From Waddliaceae bacterium (GTDB lineage: Bacteria; Chlamydiota; Chlamydiia; Chlamydiales; SLFE01): a stretch of 64,000 nucleotides of DNA. The notes beneath the pieces are model-generated. The model saw only the letters and a list, made by a program, of their open reading frames with translations, did no database searches and had not been told where the DNA came from. Positions 40,227-51,784 of the stretch are shown piece after piece; the stretch's first letter is position 1, and each line of letters begins with the position of its first letter. A program made the translations under genes and the position numbers. Where the stretch lies: NCBI GenBank assembly GCA_963771045.1, contig CAVYRW010000004.1, forward strand, positions 1,824,001-1,888,000. Direction: 5' to 3'.

Positions 40227-41043
40227 TCAAATATAAAAGTCTTTTTGCAACTCAGTGCCCGGGTTCGACGCTATACAACTCAAAATCAGAGACTCCTGCG
40301 CTTTTCAGAACATCTTCATCAATAAAAAAGTTGCCGGTGCATGTTCCGCTGTCCTTGGCAAGAATCGCCAAGGCCGCATCGGCAACGATCTCCTCTTTTC
40401 TCGATTGGGGAATCAGATCGGGGAAAAAAGTTCGGATAGCGCTTGTGGCGATCGTTGTCTTCGGCCATAAGGAATTGACCGCCACGCCCTCTTCGGCAAA
40501 CTCTGCCGACATCCCCAAAGTACACATGCTCATGCCATATTTCGACATGGTATAGGCAAGCATGTCTTTAAACCACTTGGGATCCATATTGAGGGGAGGT
40601 GATAAGATTCAGGATATGGGGATTTTTTCCCTTGATTAGATGGGGAAGGCATGCTCTGCAGCAGGCAAAAGTTCCCCGGACATTGCAACCGAACATCAGA
40701 TCAAACCGCTTCATAGGAGTTTCGAGTGTTGGTCTGGGAAAGATCGCACTGGCGTTGTTGACAAGGATATCAATGGATCCGAAAGTTTCGACTGCCTTGA
40801 AGGCAGCTTCTTCAATCTGGTCTTCAAAGCGGATATCGGCTTTTAACGGAAGGGCTTTTGCCCCCCGCTTTTCAATCTCTTCGCAAACAGTATGAATTGT
40901 CCCCGGCAGCTTTGGATGAGGGGTGTCGGTTTTCGCCAGGACAGCAATGGAGCTCCCTCTTCGGCAAGACGAAGGGCGATCGCCCGTCCGATACCTCGGC
41001 TTGCCCCTGTAATCAAAGCGGTTTTATTTTTCAATAAACTCAA
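40227..41043 (-). CDS. Short-chain dehydrogenase, HSDL2/AtuG-like, frameshifted
   Basis: [66 protein letters not shown]. Confidence 0.85.
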
Positions 41044-42632
41044 AACTTTTCCACCTTTATTTTGCGGCGCCTCTCGACGAGTTCATTTATTTTAACATCG
41101 CTGGAAAGGAGTTTTCGAACATACTGGATAGCAATATCGACACTTGGCCTGAGTTTCGTGTCAGGATTCGACATATTCCAAATCAGACGATCTATAGAAG
41201 GACTTGACGGTTTGAAGTCATAAATTTTGGATTCGGTAGCTTTTTCAATGATGATACCGTCAAAGATAGTTTGGTTGGTCAAACAAATGAGCCAGTCTGT
41301 TTTTTTTTGGTAAAAAAGATAGTAAAGGACATGGCCCACCATCCAGATATCCAAAGCTTTGTTATAGACCGATTTATTTTCGCAGTCTCTGGCCGCCTCT
41401 AGCCCGAAAATCTTTGCAGAGATTTTAGTGCCCGCTTTACCTCCAAGATTTTCCTCAACCAGGAAAATATTTTCCGGTTTGAAATTCAGATGAACGATTC
41501 CCTTATCATGCATGATTTTAAGGCCTTGTAAAATATCCAAAGTGATTTGATATTTTTGCCAGTTAGTCAAGTCCCCTTTCTCAATAGTTTGATTCAACGA
41601 AAACATTGACTCTTCTTTCAGGATGAATGACTGTTTGGACTGATTTTTGGAATAATATGTGAAAGCGTGTTCAATCGTAACGAATTCCCTGTCACTTTTA
41701 AATTCTTTTAAATATTTGAGCTCATTGCGGGATCCTTTAGCCAATTTTCTTTTTACATACAACAAAACTTTTTTATCGCTGGAACGAAGAATTTGACTGA
41801 TGCCGGGGAAGGAACTCGGCTGCTTAAGATGCAGATAAAACTCATCGATTGAAATATAGTGAACCGATGCGGGTAAGGTCGCAGTCTCCTTTTTTAGAAA
41901 AATGGCATTATAGTCAGGATTTCGTTTAAGTTGCTTTTCTTTCATTTTATTAAAGATCGCGGCATTCTCTGTCAAATATCCTCGAATGTCTAAAATGTCT
42001 GCATCAGTCATGTTATCGGGAAGAGGTGAAAACAGGGCATAGTTTCCATCCTTTCCACCGGCTTTGAGAACTCTTTTTTGGAGATTATTTCCTCTATGTT
42101 GTTCGATATTTTGGGAAACTCTCTTGCAATGCCCTTGCAAGGCGGCTATCAGACCCGCGTAAGCATCTTTAATACCGGAGAAGACATTTCTTTTTTCCTT
42201 CTCCTGTTCATAGGTCTTTTTGAGTACGTCAATCTTTTTCTCCGCCATTTTCGCCCAGCGCAAAATATCGATTAGGTCTTGCTTAAGAGCTTCTTTAACT
42301 TCTATTTTAATCAAAGTATGACCGGCAACACTTGAAATTGTTGAGGCTAATAATTCCGCTTTATTCTTCAGTTTAAGAATATTGGCCGCTAACGTCTCGT
42401 GACTCTCATTAGATCCTAAAACGACATTATTGAAAGTTCTTGTCCCTGCCTGCGTCCATGAGGAAAACCATCCTTGGCCAGCCCATTCAACCACAGGCCC
42501 CCCTGATGGATAAAACGTCAAGTTTTTCTCATTGCAGCTATACTTGATTCCTTCCTTGACCGCTGCCAAGGATTGAAAACTTTGCAGTAAGCTAGGCACT
42601 CCATTGAGGATAACATTTAGATTGACATCCAT
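41040..42632 (-). CDS. Ser/Thr kinase-fold protein, probable pseudokinase
   Basis: [42 protein letters not shown]; long N-terminal helical region. Confidence 0.75.
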   Translation of the reverse strand: MDVNLNVILNGVPSLLQSFQSLAAVKEGIKYSCNEKNLTFYPSGGPVVEWAGQGWFSSWTQAGTRTFNNVVLGSNESHETLAANILKLKNKAELLASTISSVAGHTLIKIEVKEALKQDLIDILRWAKMAEKKIDVLKKTYEQEKEKRNVFSGIKDAYAGLIAALQGHCKRVSQNIEQHRGNNLQKRVLKAGGKDGNYALFSPLPDNMTDADILDIRGYLTENAAIFNKMKEKQLKRNPDYNAIFLKKETATLPASVHYISIDEFYLHLKQPSSFPGISQILRSSDKKVLLYVKRKLAKGSRNELKYLKEFKSDREFVTIEHAFTYYSKNQSKQSFILKEESMFSLNQTIEKGDLTNWQKYQITLDILQGLKIMHDKGIVHLNFKPENIFLVEENLGGKAGTKISAKIFGLEAARDCENKSVYNKALDIWMVGHVLYYLFYQKKTDWLICLTNQTIFDGIIIEKATESKIYDFKPSSPSIDRLIWNMSNPDTKLRPSVDIAIQYVRKLLSSDVKINELVERRRKIKVEKF

Positions 42633-42677
42633 AGATCACTTCCGTTGTTATACCTTTAGGAAGGTACGGAAATCTAA

Positions 42678-43625
42678 TCATCTGTCAAGAAATTTTTTAA
42701 TTCTCTTTAGCGAGTTTTGCAAAAAATCCTCCCCCCACTCTTCGTAAGGGCATTCAAGAGGAGAGGTTTCAGCTTGGAGAAGGCACCACAAATACCAGCG
42801 CACATCGGCAAGGATCGTCATTTGATAAAAATGGGAATACATTTCCATAGCGTCATTGCCCAAATAACCGCAAAAAAACCTTTTGAGGCCGCCATCGTCC
42901 AAAAATGCAGTGGAAGCAAGCGTTCCAAGATCGAAAAAAGGATCGCAATTGGCTGAATATTCCCAGTCGATCACCCAAATCCTTTTTCCGTCATTTAGCA
43001 GATTTTGCGGACTCAAATCCAGATGGCAGGGAACCGATTGGCACCTTTCATAACAACTACGCTTCATCTCTTCGAGAGCGGGTACGACCACCGCATTCCA
43101 TTTTTCGGGAAATTCACAGCCATAATATGCGGCCTTGCCGGAAAGATCGTCTATCAGGTCGAAAGGATTGACCGACTGGGGAAACGGGACCGGCAATTCG
43201 TGAATGCTTTTAATGACAGCAAGGCACCTTTCAAGAATTTCAGGATCATTGACATCAACTTCATTTTTTTTGTTCCGAATAAGGCGGCTCACAATAATCC
43301 CCATTTCCGGAAATGAGAGGATAATTTCCGGGGCGATATCATAGTCCGCCGCGATTGCCTGGCACAAAATTTCATTTTCGATATTAGATGACGCTGTTTC
43401 CCTGTTGTCTGCTTGTATGCGGATGAAATAACGGTGTTTGAAGCCAGAGTTGCCTTTATACTTCACGATATAGCCGTAATTCGTCGCCCCTTGAGCTGCC
43501 TGCTCAACTTTCGCGCCCTCGGCGCCCCATTCGGGAAGCCTCTCCAGAGCGAAGGCCAGTTTCTCCTCAACGGCGCCGAATAAACATTGGCAGCAAAATA
43601 AAAATAAGACAAAAAACTTTTGCAT
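42678..43625 (-). CDS. Choline/ethanolamine kinase (APH-like) family protein with signal peptide
   Basis: GATN, VPCHLDLSPQNLL, VIDWEYS, DPFFDLG; N-terminal MQKFFVLFLFCCQCLFG. Confidence 0.8.
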   Translation of the reverse strand: MQKFFVLFLFCCQCLFGAVEEKLAFALERLPEWGAEGAKVEQAAQGATNYGYIVKYKGNSGFKHRYFIRIQADNRETASSNIENEILCQAIAADYDIAPEIILSFPEMGIIVSRLIRNKKNEVDVNDPEILERCLAVIKSIHELPVPFPQSVNPFDLIDDLSGKAAYYGCEFPEKWNAVVVPALEEMKRSCYERCQSVPCHLDLSPQNLLNDGKRIWVIDWEYSANCDPFFDLGTLASTAFLDDGGLKRFFCGYLGNDAMEMYSHFYQMTILADVRWYLWCLLQAETSPLECPYEEWGEDFLQNSLKRIKKFLDR

Positions 43626-43628
43626 AGG

Positions 43629-44063
43629 CTAAAGAACTAATGGGAAATGCTTTCGTATTTTTTCCGGCTGCTGATGAGTTAGATCCTTATCCACAGCTTC
43701 CTTGAGGGAAGCTTTGACGGTGCCGTGCATCTTGCTGGTTAAAATTCCCAAAAATTCCGGGCTGGCAGCAACATAGAGATTTTTTAACTTGCCGTCGCTT
43801 ACCAGTTTTTCGAGTACCGTGCATAATTGGCCGGCAAATACTTCGGCCTCGTGCTTTTTTGCTTCAACTTCGACAACAGCTCTTCGGGAAGGGCCGATCC
43901 GGCTCGATTGCTGTCCGGGCGCGTCTGTGACAATCTCTGCTTCTTTGATCCGGCTGTCGGGATGGGTCAGTGTGAGATCGGCTTTCAGTTTGTCATTGGT
44001 TTCGGCAATATAGAACCTGGCTACGGCGCTATTGGCAGTCAAAATCCACGTCTTATCAATCAT
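43629..44063 (-). CDS. Host-attachment family protein (baeRF-like)
   Basis: TWILTANSAVARF, TDAPG, AASPEFLG, KDLT. Confidence 0.85.
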   Translation of the reverse strand: MIDKTWILTANSAVARFYIAETNDKLKADLTLTHPDSRIKEAEIVTDAPGQQSSRIGPSRRAVVEVEAKKHEAEVFAGQLCTVLEKLVSDGKLKNLYVAASPEFLGILTSKMHGTVKASLKEAVDKDLTHQQPEKIRKHFPLVL

Positions 44064-44202
44064 TCATTTCCTCCTTCAGCGAATGCTTACATACTGCAAA
44101 ATAAAAGAAATTAATGCAATTGCAGGGTTTTTTAAAATACTGATTTCCACTATATACATAGGATTAAGTCTTTAAAAGAATTTTCAAATCTGGGAAGGTC
44201 AA

Positions 44203-47200
44203 ATGACATCCGGCTCCTCTAAATCACACATCCCTGAAATTCAGCAAGATGTGGCAAAATACAACCTGATTATTCTGCTCAATCTTCAGGTTCAGCAATT
44301 TTTAAAAGTCGATTCCGACACACTATCGACTGGAGATCGACCGCAATTATTTGTTTTCAACTTCAAAGCCGGAGGATGTCACCCAAGCAATCCGGGCCTC
44401 TTTAGACATGGCCAAAAATCAGGAAGAGAGGGAATGGGGCGAACTTTTCAAAAAAGCCCGCTCACAGCTTGAAATTCTTCAATACAACACAAAAAACCGC
44501 CGCGGGTATCCCGAATTGATCCAGGAATTGATCGATCGGTACGCCCCGCAAAAAGAAAAACGTTTTCAGCAACATAATCAATCTTTACAGGAGAGTAGCA
44601 ATTTCATGGGAAACTCACAAAATACTAGCAGCAATAACACCCGTTACCTTCTCATAGGCGCCGTTGCCGCCTTTATTCTCATTGTCACTTTATATACCCG
44701 ATATGAGACATCGATCAGCTTTGAAAAACGGGGGCAATCTTCCGAAGAGATCGCCTATGGGGACGATTCCCCGCGAAGACAAAAGCATATTTGGTCAAAA
44801 GAGGCCCCCTCTCCAAGAGAAGTCAAAACCAAAGAAAAGCTATTGAATCTTCAATCTCTTCTGGAAGACCAAAACAACCAGCTGCACTCGATTGCCCGTG
44901 AAAAAGACGACAGGGAAATAGAACTGCAAGCTCTCAAAGAAGGCAATCATACTCTTCAAAATTCTTTGGCGGGCCTGATGCAAGAAGTGCAGTTTTTCCG
45001 TTCTCAAGAGGAAAAAGAGAATAAAGAAGATCAGAGAAGCGATGAACTGGGAAGGGAACTTGCAGAAGTTTATCGGAAACTCGAAAAATCGCAGCTCGAC
45101 AATGAAGTCGCTCAAGAAAAAATCGGCCAACTTAAAAATCAAATCGACAATTATGCAAACGCTTATGAAAAAGATGATTCCAAAGAGAGCATGATAGGAC
45201 AAATCAGCGAACTGGAAGCAAAAAACCTCGAACTCTCCAAAAACCTGACTTCCCTCCAAAATGAAAATCAAAATCTTCAGGAAATAGAAGAAAATTACCG
45301 CTCTTCACTAAATAGAATCGAAATGCTGCAAACTCAGGAAAGAAATACAAGAAGCGAGCTCAAAAACCTCGCAGACGACTACAAAGCGCAATCAAGTGAT
45401 TACTACACCTTAAAAAATGAACTGGCCGACACCTTTGCTTTTTTAAGCAACAGGGAATCAGGGGCGAAGGAACTAGCCTCCCTTCAGGAAACCCTTGCGA
45501 TGCAGGCAGCGTATATCGCCGAAGTCTCGTCTGCAAACAATGACTCTCATGATCTGGAAACCCTGGCAGCCGAATATGAAACGCTGCTGACTGAAAAAGA
45601 CCACCTCGAACTGGCGCTAGAGGATCGAGAGCAAACCATTCAGGATTTGAATCATGCCCTCGCCGCTGATTCGGAACTTGAAGAATACGAGAAGCTAAAA
45701 ACTGCTTATCAACAAAAAGAAGAAGAGCATCAAAACATCGTCATTCAATATGAAGAGATGTCTCAAGACTATGCCCAAATTAAACATCAGTTGAATCAAA
45801 AAATCGAAGATAGCGAGAAAATTGCTTCCGCTCTCAGAAGCAAACTGCAGGAGCAGGTTGAAGATTTTCAAGCTCAGCTCAAAAATCAGGAAACAATTCG
45901 AGAGGAGCTCGCGCAAAAAAACAAAAATTTGATCGAACTGAAAAAAGAAGTTAACTCAAAAAATCAAGATTTTTCCGCGATGGAAGAGATGATTCTGTTT
46001 ATGAAAGAGCAGAAAAGGGACTTGCAGCATCGGTTAGATGAAAAACTCGCAGATTTTAAGCTGCTGGAAGACGAAAAACAACAGCTGAGCAACAGGGTTG
46101 ACCAGTTAGCTCAGCACAGCGCAGACGATGAAGACAGCGCCGCCGGCCTCGCTGTCCTGGTCGATCTGCAACAAAACAAGTTGATGATGTCTGAACAAGC
46201 CATTTCTGCAATGGAAGAGCAAATAGCCGTTCTTGAGGGCGTTCTTGAAGAAAAAGATCAGAGCATGCTCGCTGCTCAGGAAGACTTTGATAACCTTATC
46301 AAGCAGATTGCAGACAAAGATGCTGCACTTGTCCAACTGAATGAACAGTTTCAAGCTTTTGAAGAAGAAAAGGAAAATCTGGGACATGAACTTGCCTTTC
46401 TCCAAACAAATCTCGATGAAAAAGAGCATGAGCTCGCCGCAGCCAAAAATGAACAAACCAGACTGCTGAACTTTATTGAAGACAGCAAACCGATCACAAT
46501 GAGTTTAAACGAGAAAATCCACGAGCAGCAGCAGGCAATTACCGAGTTCCAGACAACCCTCGAAGAGTACGAGCTAGCAGTCGCCGCAAACGATGAAGAG
46601 AAAAGCCGACTGATGCAGATCATCGAAGACAATAAAGCCATCGCCTCAAACCTCTCGGAGAAAATCTTCGAACTGCAGGATGAAAAGCAGGCCATGGCAG
46701 GCCAAGTCGCCGCTCTTGAAAATTCCCTAGAGCAACGCGAGCTAGCAGTCGCCGCAAACGATGAAGAGAAAAGCCGACTGATGCAGATCATCGAGGACAA
46801 TAAAGCTATCGCCTCAAACCTCTCGGAGAAAATCTTCGAACTGCAGGATGAAAAACAGGCTATGGCAGGCCAAGTCGCCGCTCTATGAAAATTCCCTAGA
46901 GCAACGCGAGCTAGCAGTCGCCGCAAACGATGAAGAGAAAAGCCGACTGATGCAGATCATCGAGGACAATAAAGCTATTGCCTCAAACCTCTCGGAGAAA
47001 ATCTTCGAACTGCAGGATGAAAAGCAGGCTATGGCAGGCCAAGGCCGCTGCAAACGATGAAGAGAAAAGCCGACTGATGCAGATCATCGAGGACAATAAA
47101 GTCATCGCCTCAAACCTCTCGGAGAAAATCTTCGAACTGCAGGATGAAAAGCAGGCTATAGCAGGCCAAGTCGCCGCTCTTGAAAACTCGCTAGAGCAAC

Positions 47201-48912
47201 GCGAGCTAGCAGTCGCTGCAAACGACGAAGAAAAAAGCCGACTGATGCAGATCATCGAGGACAATAAAGCCATCGCCTCAAACCTCACAGAAAAAATTAT
47301 CGAGCTGCAGGATGAAAAGCAGGCCGTGGCAAGCCAAGCCGCCGCTCTTGAAAACTCGCTAGAGCAACGCGAGCTAGCAGTCGCTGCAAACGATGAAGAA
47401 AAAAGCCGACTGATGCAGATCATCGAGGACAATAAAGTCATCGCCTCAAACCTCTCGGAGAAAATCCTCGAGCTGCAGGATGAAAAGCAGGCCATGGCAA
47501 GCCAAGCCGCCGCTCTTGAAAACTCGCTAGAGCAACGCGAGCAAGCAGTCGCTGCAAACGATGAAGAAAAAAGCCGACTGATGCAGATCATCGAGGACAA
47601 TAAAGTCATCGCCTCAAACCTCTCGGAGAAAATCCTCGAGCTGCAGGATGAAAAGCAGGCCATGGCAAGCCAAGCCGCCGCTCTTGAAAATTCCCTAAAG
47701 CAACACGAGCAAGCAGTCGCTGCAAACGATGAAGAAAAAAACCGACTGATGCAGATCATCGAGGACAATAAAGCCATCTCTGCCAACTTAAGCGAAAGAA
47801 TCCGTGAGCAGGAAAATGAAAAGCAGCAATTGAATCAAGAAATGGCATTGCTTAAAAACGAACTCGATGAAAAGGAGAAAACCTTGATTTCAACAGATGA
47901 AGAGTACAATAGACTCAGGCAAATTATGGAAGACAATAGAGCAATTATTCTAGGTCTAAATAAGAAAATTCAAGAACAGGAACTCGAAAAACAGGATTTA
48001 AGCTTTCAATTATCCTCTTTTGAACAAACCCTCTCGGAGAATCAGAAAAATTTTTCGTCTTATGACGAATCAATTCAGAAGATGAGCAAGGAAATCGCTT
48101 CTTTACAACAAATCGAGAGAGAATACGAACATTTTAAAAATGAAGCCATGAATCAGCAGAGCGAGCTGGCAAAATCATTTGAAAGCGCTAAATCAGGTAT
48201 AGCTTCTCTCGAAAATAAGAATGACCAACTGATGTCATCACTGGATGAAAAACAGCAAGCTTTGACATACTCTGCGTCAGAACTTCAGCAATTGCGCCAA
48301 TTGCTAGAAGATATCAAAGAAGACGACCAAATCAAATCGACCCAATTGGTTCAAGTGGAAGATGAACTGGCCAACACGCAAAAATTGCTCAAACAGCTGC
48401 GTAAATCGCATGAAACCAAGATCGCAGATTATCAGGACGATTTTCAAAAACTAGGCGAAGAACTGACAGCAAAAGAGAGTGAAAATAACGCCATGGTGAA
48501 AACTCTCAACAGACTCGCCCTCGACTATGAGCGCCTTAATTCCGAATTGGAAGAGCAGAAAAACCTAAGTGACTCTCTGGCTCAAAATCAAACCGGAAAA
48601 ATCAAGAACTATGAGGAGAAAATACAAACGTTAAATGACAAAATTAACGCCCTCACAGACCAGCTTGCTTCGTTATCAGACTCCCGTAGTGATATAGAGT
48701 CGTCAATGAAACAGACCATCGAGGAGTTAAGCGAGGAGAAAAGCGAGATAAGGGAGAAACTGAAGAGAGTTGCTTTCCAATTCAAGAATGTAAATGACAA
48801 ATTCAATCAGCAGAAGAAAATCTGGCAGAAAAAGGAAATGCTTATCAAGAAAATGAAAAAAAGCACATCAATGAACAGCGCGAAGCTAATTCATGACAGA
48901 AAAGGACTATAA
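44203..48912 (+). CDS. Very large membrane-anchored coiled-coil protein, frameshifted (may be two genes, second starting at ATG 44606)
   Basis: One TM (YLLIGAVAAFILIVTL) then about 1300 aa of E/Q/K/L heptads; shifts near 44350, 46885, 47044 and probably 48800 (alternative frame ends TGA 48896, overlapping the next ATG). Confidence 0.75.
46571..47790 (+). repeat. Intragenic tandem array, 168-bp (56-aa) unit, about 7.5 copies
   Basis: Unit starts at 46571, 46739, 46908, (47035), 47203, 47371, 47539, 47707; consensus ELAVAANDEEKSRLMQIIEDNKAIASNLSEKIFELQDEKQAMAGQVAALENSLEQR. Confidence 0.97.
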
Positions 48913-49550
48913 GAGCCTTTTGTGGCTTAATATACTGACAGCAATCGGTATGGCGACTTGCGTGATCACAGGGCAGATAAAAATTTCTCTCGAAATTTTT
49001 TCACTGCGCCTTCAATTTCCCGCTTCAAATCTCTTTTTTGCTTTCTTGACGTTCCCTGTTACAGACATCATTGCCGATATTTATGGAAAGAAAGAGGCCA
49101 ACCGAACGGTGTGGATTGGCTTTGCCAGCCAAATCATCGCTATCATGATTATCGAAATATGCATGCTCTTTCCTGGTGACTGCTCAAAGCTTGTCCCATT
49201 TCATATAGGAGGCTGGACAGTTCTGGTACGGATCGGCAATCGCTTACCTTGCGGCCCAATTTTGGGATGTCGCTTTCTTTCACTGGATTAAGGAGAACGT
49301 CACAGGCGATAAGCACCTTTGGATCAGAAACAATCTTTCGACCTGTTCTAGTCAGCTAATCAATAGCGCCCTATTCATTGCCATTGTCTTCGGGCTCGAA
49401 TCTTTGCCGATTATGCTGGCGTCATCAATCTTGGTAAAATGGGCTATCGCTCTTCTAGACACTCCCTTTGTCTACCTCGGGAAATATCTTCTTACAAGAG
49501 GGACTCCTATTCTCGAGTCATGCGCAATAACATTTGTTATTTGGTCTTAG
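48893..49550 (+). CDS. yhhQ: Queuosine-precursor transporter (YhhQ/VUT family), frameshifted
   Basis: FPVTDIIADIYGKKEA, shifted frame SAIAYLAAQFWD, HLWIRNNLSTCSSQLINS, LDTPFVY; 3' end approximate. Confidence 0.85.
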
Positions 49551-51724
49551 CCATTTTATTGAGGGATCTCAGATCGAGCTTTCCACTGCTAAGCAATGGG
49601 AGCTTGTCAATGGCATGGAATTGATCTTTTTTAGGGATAAACAGGTTGGGAAGCCCCTGACAGGAAAGTTTTTTAATCAGGTCTTGAATGTGCTTTTGAT
49701 CATAGGTGTGGAAAACCAAGATCTTCTCCCCCTTCTTTCTGTCGGGAGCGGAAGCGACGGCAAAAACTTGCGGCTCGATACCGGCTGCTGCGTGAAGAGC
49801 TTCCTCAATCTGCCAATGAGGGATCATTTCCCCACCGATTTTACTGAAGCGGGACAAGCGATCGGTAATGTGCAGATAGCCATCCTGATCAACAAAACCG
49901 ATATCCCCTGTCACATACCACCCCTCGTGTATCACTTCGCAGGTTAAATCTTCGCGGTTCAAATACCCTTTCATAACATTTGGCCCCTTAACTAAAACAA
50001 GGCCGGGAATTTCATAAGGGAGATCGCCTAGGGTTTCGGGATCGACCGCTTTGACGAACACCCCGGGAAGAGGAGGACCGACCGTACCAGGTATAAAACC
50101 GCTAGGGCAGGTCCTATTGCTGCGGCAATCCAAGATATTCGTCGAGACGACAGGGCTGCACTCTGATGTGCCAAATCCTTCAATGGGAATAATATTAAAT
50201 TTTTCCTGAAAAGCATCGGCCAAAATCCGCGGCATCCGTTCAGCTCCAGTGAGAACGCAGCGGACGAAACGAAATTTCGAGGGCGGGTATTTTTTTCATG
50301 TAGCCTCTTAGAAAAGTCGGCGTGCTGATGACGATGCTAATTTTCCACCGCTCAAGAAGATCGCCGATTTTCGCATAATCGAGAGGGTTGGGATGTAAGA
50401 ATCATCGTCAAGTCATAGTTAAGTCCCAGCCAAAGAAGCATGTAGCCGAAAGCATGGAAAAAGGGAAGGATGGCCAAAGCGGAGAGACGGCAGCCATCGG
50501 TTAGGATCACCTGCGAGATAGCGTCGGCATTGGAGCCAACATTAAAGTGGCTTAAGACCACGCCTTTCGGCTCGCCCGTCGATCCGCTGGTAAAAATGAC
50601 TGTCAGTGTATCCTCTGAGGTGATTTTCCGTTTTGCTCCGCACATTTTCTCTATAAGTCTTATCGGAGCAAAAAGCGCCAAAAGCAAAGCTATTATTCGG
50701 TCTTTCGAAACTGATTGTTTTCCGAATGTCTTCAAGATAAAGTATTGTCACATGATCGGGCAAGGCGAGGTTCATCTTTGCCAGAAATTGCCGGCTTGTC
50801 ACCAATGTTTTAATATCCGCTTGTTTGATGGCCGAAACAATGCCCTCATAACCTGTCGAGAAATTCAAATTGATGACGGCCCTTCCGGAAAATGTGACTG
50901 CCGCGTTAGCTAGAACTGAGCCGCAGCACTGGGGCAAAAGAACACCGACATAATCTTGATCCTTCCAATAGGGATTTAATTTGCAGGCAAGGGCAATGCT
51001 CCCGATCAGAGTTTTCAGATAGGAAACTTTCGGCGATGTTTCGTCTCCCATGATTTTTCTGAATGCTTTGCTGCGGGCATTGTGGACAAATCCATGATGA
51101 ACGGGCCTGGCAGCTGCCCTTCTCCCCATCCAAATTTCAAAGCCCAGCTTCTGGATCTCTTCGACAATTTCAGCAGGATACATCCTACCGCAGGCAGGCT
51201 TGCCAAAAGAGATGGTCACGGGATGGGGAAATTTTTTTGCGACCAGCCGTCCGAGCTTTTCGTCAAAGAGACCTCCCCACAAATTGTCCACATAAAGCGG
51301 AATGACCGGACAGTCCCGCCCTTTCATTATGAGCTCCAGGCTGCGCCGAAATGAAAGCATGAAGCCCAAATTCCCTTCGGTCTCTTCAGGATAGAGGCAA
51401 ACGACTTTTCCCTCGTCAAGCAGAGCGGCCCCGGCCTGAAGCTCCTTGAGCAAAATAGCGGGATGTTCGGTCGTCGTCACAGGGAATAGCGTTTAGAAGC
51501 TCGGCAAAAGGACGCATCCACCATTTTCTGCAAAGATGCCGGGGTATGAGAATATAAACTTCGCGGCCGATTTTTTGAACAAGAAAAAGCATGTCAATCA
51601 AAGAAAGGCGGTTGGCCGCAAGAAGCGCTGCACCCTTTTTTGGGATATGGTGTTCTCCGAAAACCCTGACACGGTAAATCGTTCGGGATAAAATAAAAAA
51701 TAGAATACCGAATAATCTTTTCAT
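49537..51724 (-). CDS. aas: Aas-like protein (PlsC-like domain + acyl-ACP synthetase), frameshifted
   Basis: VIFTSGSTGEPKGV, LPFFHAFG, EGFGTSECSP, WYVTGD, DRLSRFSKIGGEM, SGK; N-terminal GAALLAANRLSLID. Confidence 0.88.
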
Positions 51725-51784
51725 AGCTCCATTATCTACAAAAATGGAATAATTATGGACATAAATCGCTAAAATAGGAATATT

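Noticed and set aside
46351..47786. Long antisense ORFs (191 and 267 aa) over the repeat
   Set aside because: Mirror of the sense-strand repeat; S/F/C/A-rich composition typical of shadow ORFs.
46571..47790. Repeat array as a CRISPR array
   Set aside because: 168-bp head-to-tail coding units with no unique spacers and no cas genes.
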